This document shows, in pieces, positions 1-9,800 of a stretch of 61,102 nucleotides of DNA. The DNA lies in the NCBI GenBank assembly GCA_002397155.1, contig DGZR01000001.1, positions 16,535-77,636 of the forward strand. The letters run 5' to 3'. A program made the position numbers and the translations under genes. How positions within the stretch are numbered: position 1 is the stretch's first letter; each line of letters starts with the position of its first letter. A model generated the notes under the pieces. That model saw only the letters and a list, made by a program, of their open reading frames with translations. It had not been told where the DNA came from and did not search any database. This DNA comes from Firmicutes bacterium UBA4975. Its GTDB lineage: Bacteria > Bacillota > Proteinivoracia > UBA4975.

Positions 1-69
1 GGGGCGGAAGACCGCCCCCCTACCCCTCGGGGGCGGGGATTTGCCGGGAGGGGGCGGAAGACCGCCCCC
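1..69. repeat. Two copies of a 19-nt GC-rich hairpin element
   Basis: GGGGCGGAAGACCGCCCCC occurs identically at 1-19 and 51-69, a 50-nt period. Each copy is self-complementary (GGGGCGG / AAGA loop / CCGCCCC). Copy 1 abuts the window edge, so more copies may lie upstream. Confidence 0.8.
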
Positions 70-242
70 TGGCGGGGGTGCCGGGAAATCTTTTCCTGGG
101 CAATCAGAGAAACTTACATCTTTCGACATTTTTGGGATAATGTAATCAGGGGGAGTATTTACAATAATTTTCCCGGGACGAAAGGAATCCGGGTAAGGAA
201 AAGCGAATAAGGAATATAAGAAATAAGGGGAGGTGTTGTGGC

Positions 243-701
243 TTGAACACAGAGACGCTGCAGGACAGCATCACTCACTCTTTGGCTGCCGACCACAGGG
301 TTGTGCTCTTGGTCGGCCCGCCCGGCAGCGGTAAAAGCCGGTTGCTTCGCGATTTACGCGAGGCGGGGATTGTCAATGTGGGCAAGGAATTGGCCCGGGA
401 CTTAGTCGCCCTGCCCCAAGAAAAGCGGTCAGAAATGGCCGTGGACCTGCTGGGCCAGTTGGTGGAATCTCACTCTTCCCAGGTTGTCGTCCTGGATAAT
501 ATCGAATTACTGCTTAGACCCGAGCTGAATATCGAGCTTTGGCCGGCCCTGGAAGCGCTGAGCGCCGCCAAAAAGTTGGTGGTTGCCTGGACGGGGCAGG
601 TGACAGGAGGCAGCATCCAGTGGGGCCACCCGGGGGTTCCCGGTTACCGGGTCATGAGTTTGGATAACTGCCCTGCCGGTATCATCAGTATGACAGGTTA
701 A
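243..701 (+). CDS. Small stand-alone P-loop NTPase (possibly BrxF-like)
   Basis: TTG start 7 nt after GGGGAGGTG (227-235). Walker A is GPPGSGKS and the Walker B-like motif is VVVLDNIE. It is a single ~150-aa domain. Length and the C-terminal VVAWTG...G.IQWGHPG pattern remind me of BREX type 3 BrxF; this is recall only, with no search done. Confidence 0.75.
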   Translation: MNTETLQDSITHSLAADHRVVLLVGPPGSGKSRLLRDLREAGIVNVGKELARDLVALPQEKRSEMAVDLLGQLVESHSSQVVVLDNIELLLRPELNIELWPALEALSAAKKLVVAWTGQVTGGSIQWGHPGVPGYRVMSLDNCPAGIISMTG

Positions 702-785
702 GGGATAGCATGGGGGCTGCTTCGCTCTTCTTTTTTAAGCGGGGGGCCCCCGACGGTTGTCCCGGGGGCTGGTAAAATTGACAAT

Positions 786-814
786 TTGACGATATACAAA
801 ATCGCAATTATGCT
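786..814 (+). promoter_or_regulatory. Candidate sigma-A promoter for the 881 gene
   Basis: TTGACG (786-791), 17-nt spacer, TATGCT (809-814), about 65 nt upstream of the GTG at 881. Confidence 0.35.
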
Positions 815-880
815 AAAACCGTCCTTATCTCCGGCGTGTTAAGATGGTTGGCAGAGTAAGAAATTAGGAGGAATGAGTAA

Positions 881-1246
881 GTGTTCGACAGTCTCACCTT
901 TGGTAAGTTGGCCAAGTGGTCCGGTTTTTTAGGGGTGTTTTTGATAATCATGGGGGTTTTACAGGCGGTGACTATTGTCGGTATTCCCATGGCCATCCTG
1001 ATGATCATAATGGGAGTAAAACTGATTGGCGCCAAGAACGCCGCCAAGGCCCTGGCGGTCACCGGCGAAATGGAAGCTCCGGCCCAGGTGAACAAGTTGG
1101 CTAATGATCTGCGGGTATTTTTTCAGATTAATAGCGTCCTCATAATTATCGGTCTGGTCCTCGGCGTCCTCATGGGGGTGGGCCTGATCATCTTCATCGT
1201 CATCCAGGGCGGTATCCCGGAATTTAACTACGATTTTAACTTTTAG
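881..1246 (+). CDS. Small integral membrane protein (DUF5362-like)
   Basis: GTG start 9 nt after AGGAGG (866-871). Hydrophobic segments flank a short amphipathic linker. The pattern KWSGFLGVFLIIMGVLQ...GIPMAILMIIMGVKL resembles the DUF5362 family. A strong terminator follows. Confidence 0.8.
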   Translation: MFDSLTFGKLAKWSGFLGVFLIIMGVLQAVTIVGIPMAILMIIMGVKLIGAKNAAKALAVTGEMEAPAQVNKLANDLRVFFQINSVLIIIGLVLGVLMGVGLIIFIVIQGGIPEFNYDFNF

Positions 1247-1256
1247 GGGCGATTTA

Positions 1257-1282
1257 GACCGCGGCTTGCCGCGGTTTTTTTA
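1257..1282 (+). terminator. Rho-independent terminator
   Basis: Stem GACCGCGG / loop CTTG / CCGCGGT, followed by T7 (1275-1281). Confidence 0.85.
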
Positions 1283-1380
1283 TTTGCCAATAAATGACGG
1301 GAGGGGTTTTTGCTTTTACAAATTTCTTTCCCGGACAATACTAATACGGATAACGTCAAAATGACAACAGGAGGGTTTAA

Positions 1381-3831
1381 ATGCGTGCAGTTATTATGGC
1401 AGGCGGCAGCGGGTCAAGGCTGCGCCCCCTGACTTGCGATTTACCCAAACCAATGGTGCCCGTTCTCAATAGGCCGGTAATGCACTACACCATCGACCTC
1501 TTGAAAAAACACGGCATTGAAGAGATTGCAGTGACCCTGGCTTACTTGCCCCGGGTGATTAAAGACTACTTTGAAGACGGACGGGAATACGGGGTCCAAC
1601 TTCAGTACTATGTGGAGGAAACCCCCTTGGGTACCGCCGGCAGCGTAAAAAACGCCGCCGAATTTTTTCGGGACACTTTTTTGGTGATCAGCGGCGACGC
1701 CCTCACCGACCTGGATATAGGGGCGGCGACTGCTTTTCACCGGCAGCAAAAAGCCAAGGTCACCTTGGTCTTGCACCGGCAGCAGATTCCCCTGGAATAT
1801 GGGGTGGTCATAACGGAAAAGGATGGGAGGATCGTCCGTTTCTTGGAAAAACCGAGCTGGGGCGAGGTGTTCAGCGATACCGTCAACACCGGCATCTATA
1901 TCTTGGAACCGGAAATCCTGGGCTACCTGGAAAGGGGCAGGTCTGTGGATTTTAGCAAGGATCTTTTCCCCCGGCTTTTGGCGGAGGGGATTCCCATGTA
2001 CGGGTATGTGGCCGACAGTTATTGGTGCGATATCGGCGACCTGCGCTCCTACCGTCAAGCTCAGTTCGATGTGCTGGAAGGGAGGGCGGCGGTAAATTTT
2101 CGGGCCGAAGAGCGACAGCCAGGAGTGTGGCTGGAAAGAGACTGCACTATTGCCAGTGACGTCCAGCTCATTTCCCCGGTCTATGTGGGCCGGGGCTGCA
2201 CCTTGGGCCGGGGGGCCCGCCTGGGTCCCCTTACCTTGCTCAATGACTATTCCCGGGTGGAAGAGGGGGCGTCTTTGAAGCGGGCGGTGGTGTGGCGAAA
2301 TTCCTGCCTGGGCAAGGGAGCTGAAGTGCGGGGAGCGACTATCTGCGACGGCGTGTCTATCGGGCCGGGGACCCGGCTCTTTGAAGACTCCGTCGTGGGC
2401 AGCAGGTCGGTGCTGGAAGAAGGGGCCACCCTCATGCCCGGGGCGAAAGTGTGGCCCGATAAAATAATTGCCGAGGATACTGTGCTCAACCAGAACCTGG
2501 TCTGGGGTTCCCGCCTCAGCCGACGGCTTTTTGGCCGCAAGGACATCAAGGGCCGCTTTAACGTGGAGGTGACCCCGGAATTTGCCTCCCGGCTCGGTTC
2601 GGCATTTGCCTCCCTCATGGAAAATGAGGACTCTTTAGTGGTTTCCGGCGACAACACCGAAGCTGCAGCCTTGGTCGCCGACGCCCTGAGCGTCGGAATA
2701 CTGGCCTGCGGCACTCGGGTCATCCGAGCTTCGGGCCTAATTATGCCCATGTCCCGGTTTGCCGTGGGCCATTACGGGGCCGGGGGCGGCATCCATGTCC
2801 GCTTGGATACCTTGAGAGAGGAACAGCTCCACTTAGAATTTGTCGGGGCTAACGGGGCTAATCTGGACCGCAATTCCGAACGCAAGCTAGAAAAAGCCAT
2901 CAATGGGGACAACTTTCAACGGGTGGGCGCCGGGCAGGTGGATATTTCCCAGCGGACCGACGACATCCCCCGCCTGTACTTTGTCCATTGGGCGGCAAAA
3001 CTGCGGGCACTGGGCCCGGGGAAAAAAGCGGCCCGGCTCCAGGTTGTGCTGGGGGCCGAGTCGGAATTAGTCTCCTTTTTGGGGGGCAGTTTTTTAAGCT
3101 ATGTGGGCTGCTCGGTCCGCCGGGGGGAGGATTCACTGGCAGCGGTGAGGGGAGAGGTGCGCAAAAGCGGCGCCGATCTTGGGTTTTTCTTGGCGGCGGA
3201 CGGGGAGAGCTTGGTGGTGGTGGACGAAGGGGGCGGGGTGGTCAGCCCCGAGGAGTACCGAGCCCTGAGCCTGACCCTGGCCATGGCCGTCAAGGGGAGA
3301 TCGGTCATTATTCCCCACGACGCCCCCCAGGCCTTGCGCAATATGGCCCGGGGGACGGAGATAATCCAGGTAAAATCCGAGCCCGCAGAAGTGATGGCGG
3401 CGATGCTGGGGCGGGGGGAGGCAGAACCGCGGATCGCCCTGCAGTACTTACTGGATTTTGACGGCATCCAGGCGGCGGCCCGAATCGCCGATTACCTGGT
3501 AAAAAGAAGGATGCGGATGAGCCAACTGCTCCAGCGCCTGCCCGCCATGAATTACAAAGCGGTGGCTGTGCCCTGCCAATGGACGGAAAAAGGCCGGGTG
3601 CTGCGCCAACTGGTCAGCCAGCAAAACCAGCGGAAGATGGAGCTCTACGAAGGGGTAAAGATCTGGGACGACCGAGGCTGGGCCTTGGTCCTGCCCGACA
3701 GTGAAAAGCCCCGTTTTAACATCTATGCCCAGGGGCACAGCGAAGAATTTGCCGAAGAACTGGCGGCGGAATTCAGTGAAAGAGTGAGTACTTTGCTGCA
3801 GTCGGGCACCCACTACGACAAGAAAAGCTGA
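1381..3831 (+). CDS. Sugar-1-phosphate nucleotidyltransferase fused to a phosphohexomutase-like C-terminal region
   Basis: ATG 5 nt after AGGAGGG. The N-terminus [18 protein letters not shown]...PKPMVPV is the classic NTP-transferase signature, followed by left-handed beta-helix-like repeats. The C-terminal ~430 aa has PGM/PMM-like layout but lacks the canonical T-A-S-H-N-P and DGDGDR motifs (see findings). Confidence 0.9.
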   Translation: MRAVIMAGGSGSRLRPLTCDLPKPMVPVLNRPVMHYTIDLLKKHGIEEIAVTLAYLPRVIKDYFEDGREYGVQLQYYVEETPLGTAGSVKNAAEFFRDTFLVISGDALTDLDIGAATAFHRQQKAKVTLVLHRQQIPLEYGVVITEKDGRIVRFLEKPSWGEVFSDTVNTGIYILEPEILGYLERGRSVDFSKDLFPRLLAEGIPMYGYVADSYWCDIGDLRSYRQAQFDVLEGRAAVNFRAEERQPGVWLERDCTIASDVQLISPVYVGRGCTLGRGARLGPLTLLNDYSRVEEGASLKRAVVWRNSCLGKGAEVRGATICDGVSIGPGTRLFEDSVVGSRSVLEEGATLMPGAKVWPDKIIAEDTVLNQNLVWGSRLSRRLFGRKDIKGRFNVEVTPEFASRLGSAFASLMENEDSLVVSGDNTEAAALVADALSVGILACGTRVIRASGLIMPMSRFAVGHYGAGGGIHVRLDTLREEQLHLEFVGANGANLDRNSERKLEKAINGDNFQRVGAGQVDISQRTDDIPRLYFVHWAAKLRALGPGKKAARLQVVLGAESELVSFLGGSFLSYVGCSVRRGEDSLAAVRGEVRKSGADLGFFLAADGESLVVVDEGGGVVSPEEYRALSLTLAMAVKGRSVIIPHDAPQALRNMARGTEIIQVKSEPAEVMAAMLGRGEAEPRIALQYLLDFDGIQAAARIADYLVKRRMRMSQLLQRLPAMNYKAVAVPCQWTEKGRVLRQLVSQQNQRKMELYEGVKIWDDRGWALVLPDSEKPRFNIYAQGHSEEFAEELAAEFSERVSTLLQSGTHYDKKS

Positions 3832-3842
3832 GGGATCGGGGT

Positions 3843-6800
3843 ATGCCATTGGAACTGTTACTGGCAGGCGCCCTGCTGGCGGCGCTCATCCTTTTCAAAG
3901 GCAGAACCAGGCACGGAAGCGCCATCTGGTTTGATGGCGTCATCCTCCGCCCCGAGGACCTGGCGGCCCATGCCCGAGGCCTGGGGAAATTTCATCGGGT
4001 CGTCAGGGTGCGAAGGAGCTGCCGCCTCATTATCCGGAGGCTGGAGGACAATTTTCGCTTTATCACCCGGATTTACCAGGAAACGGCGGATGACCTGCAC
4101 CAGGGAAAGCAAGTCGCCCCGGCCGGCGAATGGCTGCTGGATAATTACTACATCGTGGAGGAACAGGTAAAAGAAATCCTGCTCAGTGTCAGGGGACGGC
4201 GTTTTCCGGACCTGCCCGTCCTGACCAACGGCCAGTTCAAGGGCAGCCCGCGCATCTATGCCTTGGCCCTTGAGCTTATTTCCCATACCGACGGGAGCCT
4301 TAGCGAACAGGCCCTGGACCGGTTCGTCGAAGCTTACCAAGAAGAGGCCCCCTTGGACATAAGTGAAATTTGGTCCTTGGCCCTCATGGTCCGGATCGCC
4401 CTTTTGGAAAAAATCCGCCATACCTGCCACTCCCTGGCCGCCACCCACAAGCAGTGGCGGCTGGCCGAACTATTTTTGGCCCGGACGAAGCCGGGCAAGC
4501 TGGACGAAAGAATTGGGGCCCAGGGAAAACTCGACTTTGCTTTTGCCGAGCACCTCTTGGCGGTAATCCGCCACAATGAGCCTGCGGCTAAGCAGGTGCG
4601 AGATCTCTTGGGCGAAAAACTTCTGGAACAGGACATCAGCCTGGAAAAACTGGTGCACAGCGAACACCAGGGCAAAGCGGCCCAGACGACCTCAATGAGC
4701 AACGCCGTCCTCAGCTTAAAAAGTGCTTCAACCCTGGACTGGGACAGTATTTTTGAAAAGCTCTCCCTGGTAAACCGAATTCTGGGGGCCGATGAAGTAT
4801 ACCGAGAGATGGACTTTGACTCCCGCAACCACTACCGCCGCCAGGTGCAGCTCCTGGCCCGCAAGCTGGGGACCCGGGAGACCCGGGTGGCCAAGCTGGC
4901 TTTGGCAAAGGCCAGGGAAGAAGAGGGGTACCGGGGCCACTGTGGCTACTACCTCATAGCGGAAGGGCGTCGGGACCTGTTTGCGCCTTGGGGCTTAAAA
5001 AGCGGGGCTAAAATGAGCGGTTCTCTATACATAGCCCTGAACCTTGCCCTATCCTTGGCCCTGGGAGGGGCTGTCGCCGCCGCCGCTTTTCCCCTGGGCA
5101 GGGGCTGGGCCTTGATTTTGGGCCTGGCTTTTCTCATCCCCGGCAGTGAAGGGGTGGTGGCCCTGGTCAACCACTTGCTGGTCTTTTTGCGGCGGCCGGC
5201 CTTTTTGCCTAAGTTGGAATACCGCCAAGGTTTACCCCCGGATGCCGCCACCCTGGTGGTGGTCCCCGCCCTGCTGCCCGATGTCAGGCGGACCGAGGAA
5301 CTCATCCGCCAGTTGGAAGTGCATTACTTGGCGAATCGGGAAGAGAATCTCTTTTTTGCCCTCCTGGGCGACTTTAAAGATGCAAGCCAGGAGAATGTAC
5401 CCGGGGACCAGGAGATACTGGCGGCGGCCCAACGGGGAATTCAGTCTTTAAATGACTCATACCGGGGTAACCGCTTTTTCGCCTTGGTCAGGGGGCGGGG
5501 GTTTTCCCAGACCCAGGGCAAATGGCTGGGCTGGGAACGGAAGCGGGGGGCCCTGGTGGAGCTGAACGCTCTTTTTTCCGGGGGCAAGGATACGTCTTTT
5601 TTGCTCAAGCCTTCCAGTCTGCCCCGGGTTCGCTACATTCTCACCCTGGACGCCGATACCCGCCTGCCCTTAGCCGGGGCGAAAAAATTAGTGGGGACCA
5701 TCAGCCATCCCCTCAACCGCTTGGTGCTGGACCGGGAAAACCGGCCCCTGCGGGGGTACGGCCTCATTCAGCCCCGGATAACGATCAGTATCGAGAGCAT
5801 CAATAAAAGCGTTTTTGCCCGGGTCATGGCCGGCCCAGGCGGCACCGATACTTATACAACCGCCGTCAGCGACGTCTACCAGGACTGGTTTGGCCGGGGT
5901 ATTTTTACCGGCAAGGGCATTTATGACTTGGCGGCGGCCCAGAGGCTGCTAAAAATCGTGCCGGAAAACAGCATCCTCAGCCACGACCTTTTGGAAGGGG
6001 GGCTGCTCAGCACCGGGCTGGCTACGGACCTGGTCCTGGTGGACGATTTTCCCGCCCGGTACAGTTCCTATACCGCCCGCAGCCACCGCTGGACCAGGGG
6101 AGACTGGCAGCTTCTGCCCTGGCTGGGAGGGCGGGTGGCCGGCCGGGAGAACCCCCTCACGGCGATCAGCCGCTGGCAGATTATGGACAACCTGCGCCGC
6201 AGCCTGGGGCCGGTGGCCCAGATGGTTTTCTTGCTGGCAAGCTTGCTCGCGCCAGGGGGAAAATGGCTGGGACTCTTGCTCTTTTTGGCTTCTTTACTGG
6301 CGCCCTCTCTCTTTTCCCTCTTGGGCTTTGCCCGACGGGCCCGGAGGAGCGGCGCTGGCGATTTGGGCCGCTGGCTCGGCCGCCTGGGCTGGCAACTGGC
6401 CTTTTTACCCCACCAGGCCTGGACAAACGGCGAGGCTATCGGGCGGACAGTTTACCGCCTCTTTATCTCCCGCAAGAATCTGCTGGAATGGACTACTGCC
6501 GCCGAAGCAGAAAAAATGGCGGGAGACAATTACCGCAGGCTTTTCCGGCCCGCCCTCCTGGCGACTGCCGCCTACCTCTTGCCCTTGGCCATTTTCCGGC
6601 CTTCCGCCCTTGTCATCTACCTGCCCCTCCTGGCTCTCTGGCTCTACTCGCCGGCCCTGGCCCGGCGGATAAGCCGGGCCCCGGCTGCAGAAGATGAGCC
6701 GACCCTAGAGGATAAGGCCTTGCTGCGACGACTGGCCCAGAAGACTTGGCTTTACTATGAAGAGCTGGTGGGGGAGGACACATCCCACCTGCCCCCCGAT

Positions 6801-9800
6801 AATTTTCAAGCCAAGCCTCCCACCGGCAGCGATTACCGGACCTCGCCGACAAATATCGGGTTTTACTTGCTCGCCCTCCTGGCTGCCCGGGATTTTGGCT
6901 TTATCACCGCCTCGACCTTGGCGGCCCGGCTGGACAAAGCTTTGACTTCGATCGAAAAGCTGGAAAAATGGAAGGGCCACTTGTATAACTGGTACGACAT
7001 CCGGGACCTTGAGCTCTTGCGGCCCCGCTTTATTTCTACGGTGGACAGCGGCAACTTTTGCTGTTTGCTGGTGGCCGTCGGGCAAGGGCTGCGGGAGTAC
7101 CTCCGGGGGCCCCTGTTTGACGACTCCCCAGCCCGGGGGGTGGGGGAAGCGGCGGGGCAAGACGGTCTAGCCCCCGAGGGAGAAAAAGGAGATAGGGCGG
7201 ACTGGCTGGCGGCGCCGGAAAAAGGACAAAGCCCCGGGGGGCAGGAGCTCCTGGCCGACCTGGAGGGGTTGGCCGCCCGGGTAGAGGCTTTAGTGGCCGC
7301 CACGGATTTTGCCGCTCTCTACAATTCTCAGCGCAATCTGTTCTCCATAGGGTACAGCGTGGACGAAGAAAAGCTAATCGAATCGAACTACGACCTGCTG
7401 GCTTCGGAGGCCAGGCTCACCAGCTACCTGGCTATCGTCCTGGGCCAGGTGCCGGCCAAGCACTGGCAGCAACTGGGGCGGGCCCAAGTGCGGGTCGGAC
7501 GGGATAAGGCCCTGGTCTCCTGGTCGGGGACGATGTTTGAATACCTGATGCCCCAGCTATTGCTAAAAGAATACCCCAAGACCCTTTTAGCCCAGACCAC
7601 CGCGGCGGTGATCACCGCCCAGCGCCGCTACGGGGAAAAGGGGAATATCCCTTGGGGAGTATCAGAATCCGGGTACTATGCCTTTGACTACCGGCTCAAC
7701 TACCAGTACAGGGCTTTTGGTATCCCCAGCCTGGGGCTGAAAAGGGGCCTGGTGGACGACTTGGTGGTATCCCCTTATTCCACCTTGCTGGCCCTGCCCT
7801 TTGCCCCCCAGGCTGCTCTGGCCAACTTGCGTCGGTTGCTAGAAGAGGGCATGGAAGGGGAATACGGTCTGTACGAGGCGGTGGACTACACCCCGGACAG
7901 GGCGGCCGAGGAGGGGCACCAGGCGGTGGTGCAGAGCTACTTTGCCCATCACCAGGGGATGGGGCTGATCTCCCTGGCCAATTACCTGAATGGCGGGGCC
8001 ATGGTCCGGCGCTTTCATCAAGATCCCCGGGTGGTGGCGGGGGAGCTGCTGCTGCAGGAAATCCCCTCCCGCCAGCCTGTCTTGAGCCGGCTGGTCCGGG
8101 AACCGGCCCGGCGGCCCTCCGCCGAAGGAGAAAAGGAGGGGGAGGTGGTGCGCAGCTTTGGCCGGCCCGGGCGCCAGCCCCCCAATTGCCACCTCCTTTC
8201 CAACGGCAGCTACACTGTCTTGCTCACCGACAGCGGCGGCGGATACAGCCGCAATGAAAACGTGGCGATCAGCCGCTGGCGGGAATTGCAGGGATACAAG
8301 CGCGGGACTTTTATCTTTATCAGGAGCCTGAACACCGACCAGGTGTGGTCGGCCACCCTAGCCCCTTTCCGGGAGGCGCCGGATTTTTACCGAGTCCGTT
8401 TTTTTCCCGATCGGGCCAGCTACTTTCGGGAGATGGCCAATATTGACACCAAGACTGAAGTCGTCGTCTCCACCGAGGACAACGCCGAAGTTCGCCGGGT
8501 CAGTCTGACTAACCACGGCCTCAAAGAGGCCAGCCTGGAGGTGACCAGCTTTTTTGAGCTGGCCCTTTCCCACCAGGATGCCGATCTGGCCCACCCCGCT
8601 TTTAACAACCTCTTTATTGAAACGGAGGCCCTGCCGGAATACCACTGTCTCCTGGCTTTTCGCCGGCCCAGGGGAGAAAAAGACCCCTGTTACTACGCCC
8701 TGCACCAGGTGACGGTAGAGGGAGAGAGCATCGGCCCCGTTCAGTTTGAAACAGACCGGAGCAAGTTCATCGGCCGGGGCCGGGACATCTCCTGCCCCGT
8801 AGCCCTGCGCCAGCCCTTGACCAATACCAGCGGCCGGGTTCTTGATCCGGCCATGAGCCTGCGCCGCCAGATTAAACTGGGTCCCGGCCAGAGCGCCGCC
8901 CTGACCTTTACCACCGCCCAGGGGGCCTCCCGGGGGGAAATGGTCAAGCTGGCGGCCAAGTACAGCGATCCCGCCGCCGGGCAAAGGGCCCTAGACATGG
9001 CCTATACCCGCAGCCAGGTGGAAAGGCGTTTCCTCAACTTGAATCCCCAACTGCTGCGGGCCAGCCAACAAGCCGTGGGGCACCTGGTCTTTGCCAGCCC
9101 CACTCGCCGCCGCTACCAGCAAGTGCTGGCGAAAAACACCTTGGGCCAGCAGAGTCTGTGGGCTCATGGTATTTCCGGGGATAACCCCATCGTCCTTCTC
9201 TCGGTCCGGGATACCGAGGATGTGGGGATTATCGAGGAGACGATTCTCGCCCACGAGTACTGGCGCTTTAAGGGGCTGGTGGTCGACCTGGTCATCCTCC
9301 ACGGGGGGGAAGGGGGGTACCATGAACCGGTGCGGGACTTAGTCCGGGACCTGGTACAGCTTTTTCGGATAACCGACATACTGGATAAACCCGGGGGAAT
9401 CTACATCCGCAGCAGCAGGCAGCTAGGCCCGGGAGAAAAATACCTCTTTCACGGGGCGGCCCGCCTCATCCTGAGCCAGGGTACCCTGGCCGAGCAACTG
9501 GAGGCCGAGGAGGGGGCTTTGCCCTTGGTCCAGGAGTTTCGGGGCAAGGACTGGGATATTGCGCCCCGGCCCCAGCCCGAGGAGTTGCTCTTTACCAACG
9601 GCTTGGGCGGATTCACTCCCGGGGGCGACCAGTACGTCATTCAGCTTCAGCAGCGCATGACCCCCGCTCCCTGGGTCAATGTCCTGGCCAACCCGGATTT
9701 TGGCTGTATCGTCAGCGAGCGGGGAGGAGGCTATGTCTTTGCGGAAAACAGCCGGGAAAACAAGCTAACCCCCTGGTCCAACGACCCCGTTTCCGATCCG

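Noticed and set aside
1-90. Possible CRISPR array at the left edge (repeated GC-rich palindromic unit).
   Set aside because: Only two copies are visible. The repeat is 19 nt with a ~31-nt interval (50-nt period), which is shorter than typical 28-37-nt CRISPR repeats. No cas genes are in the window. The units look like simple hairpins.
712-780. Short ORF (ATG at 711, ~22 codons) and GC palindromes (GGGGGGCCCCC, CCCGGGGG) after the P-loop ATPase gene. I considered a leader peptide or a terminator.
   Set aside because: The SD is weak, no recognisable peptide family matches, and the palindromes lack a following T-tract. I cannot support either a coding or a terminator call from the sequence alone.
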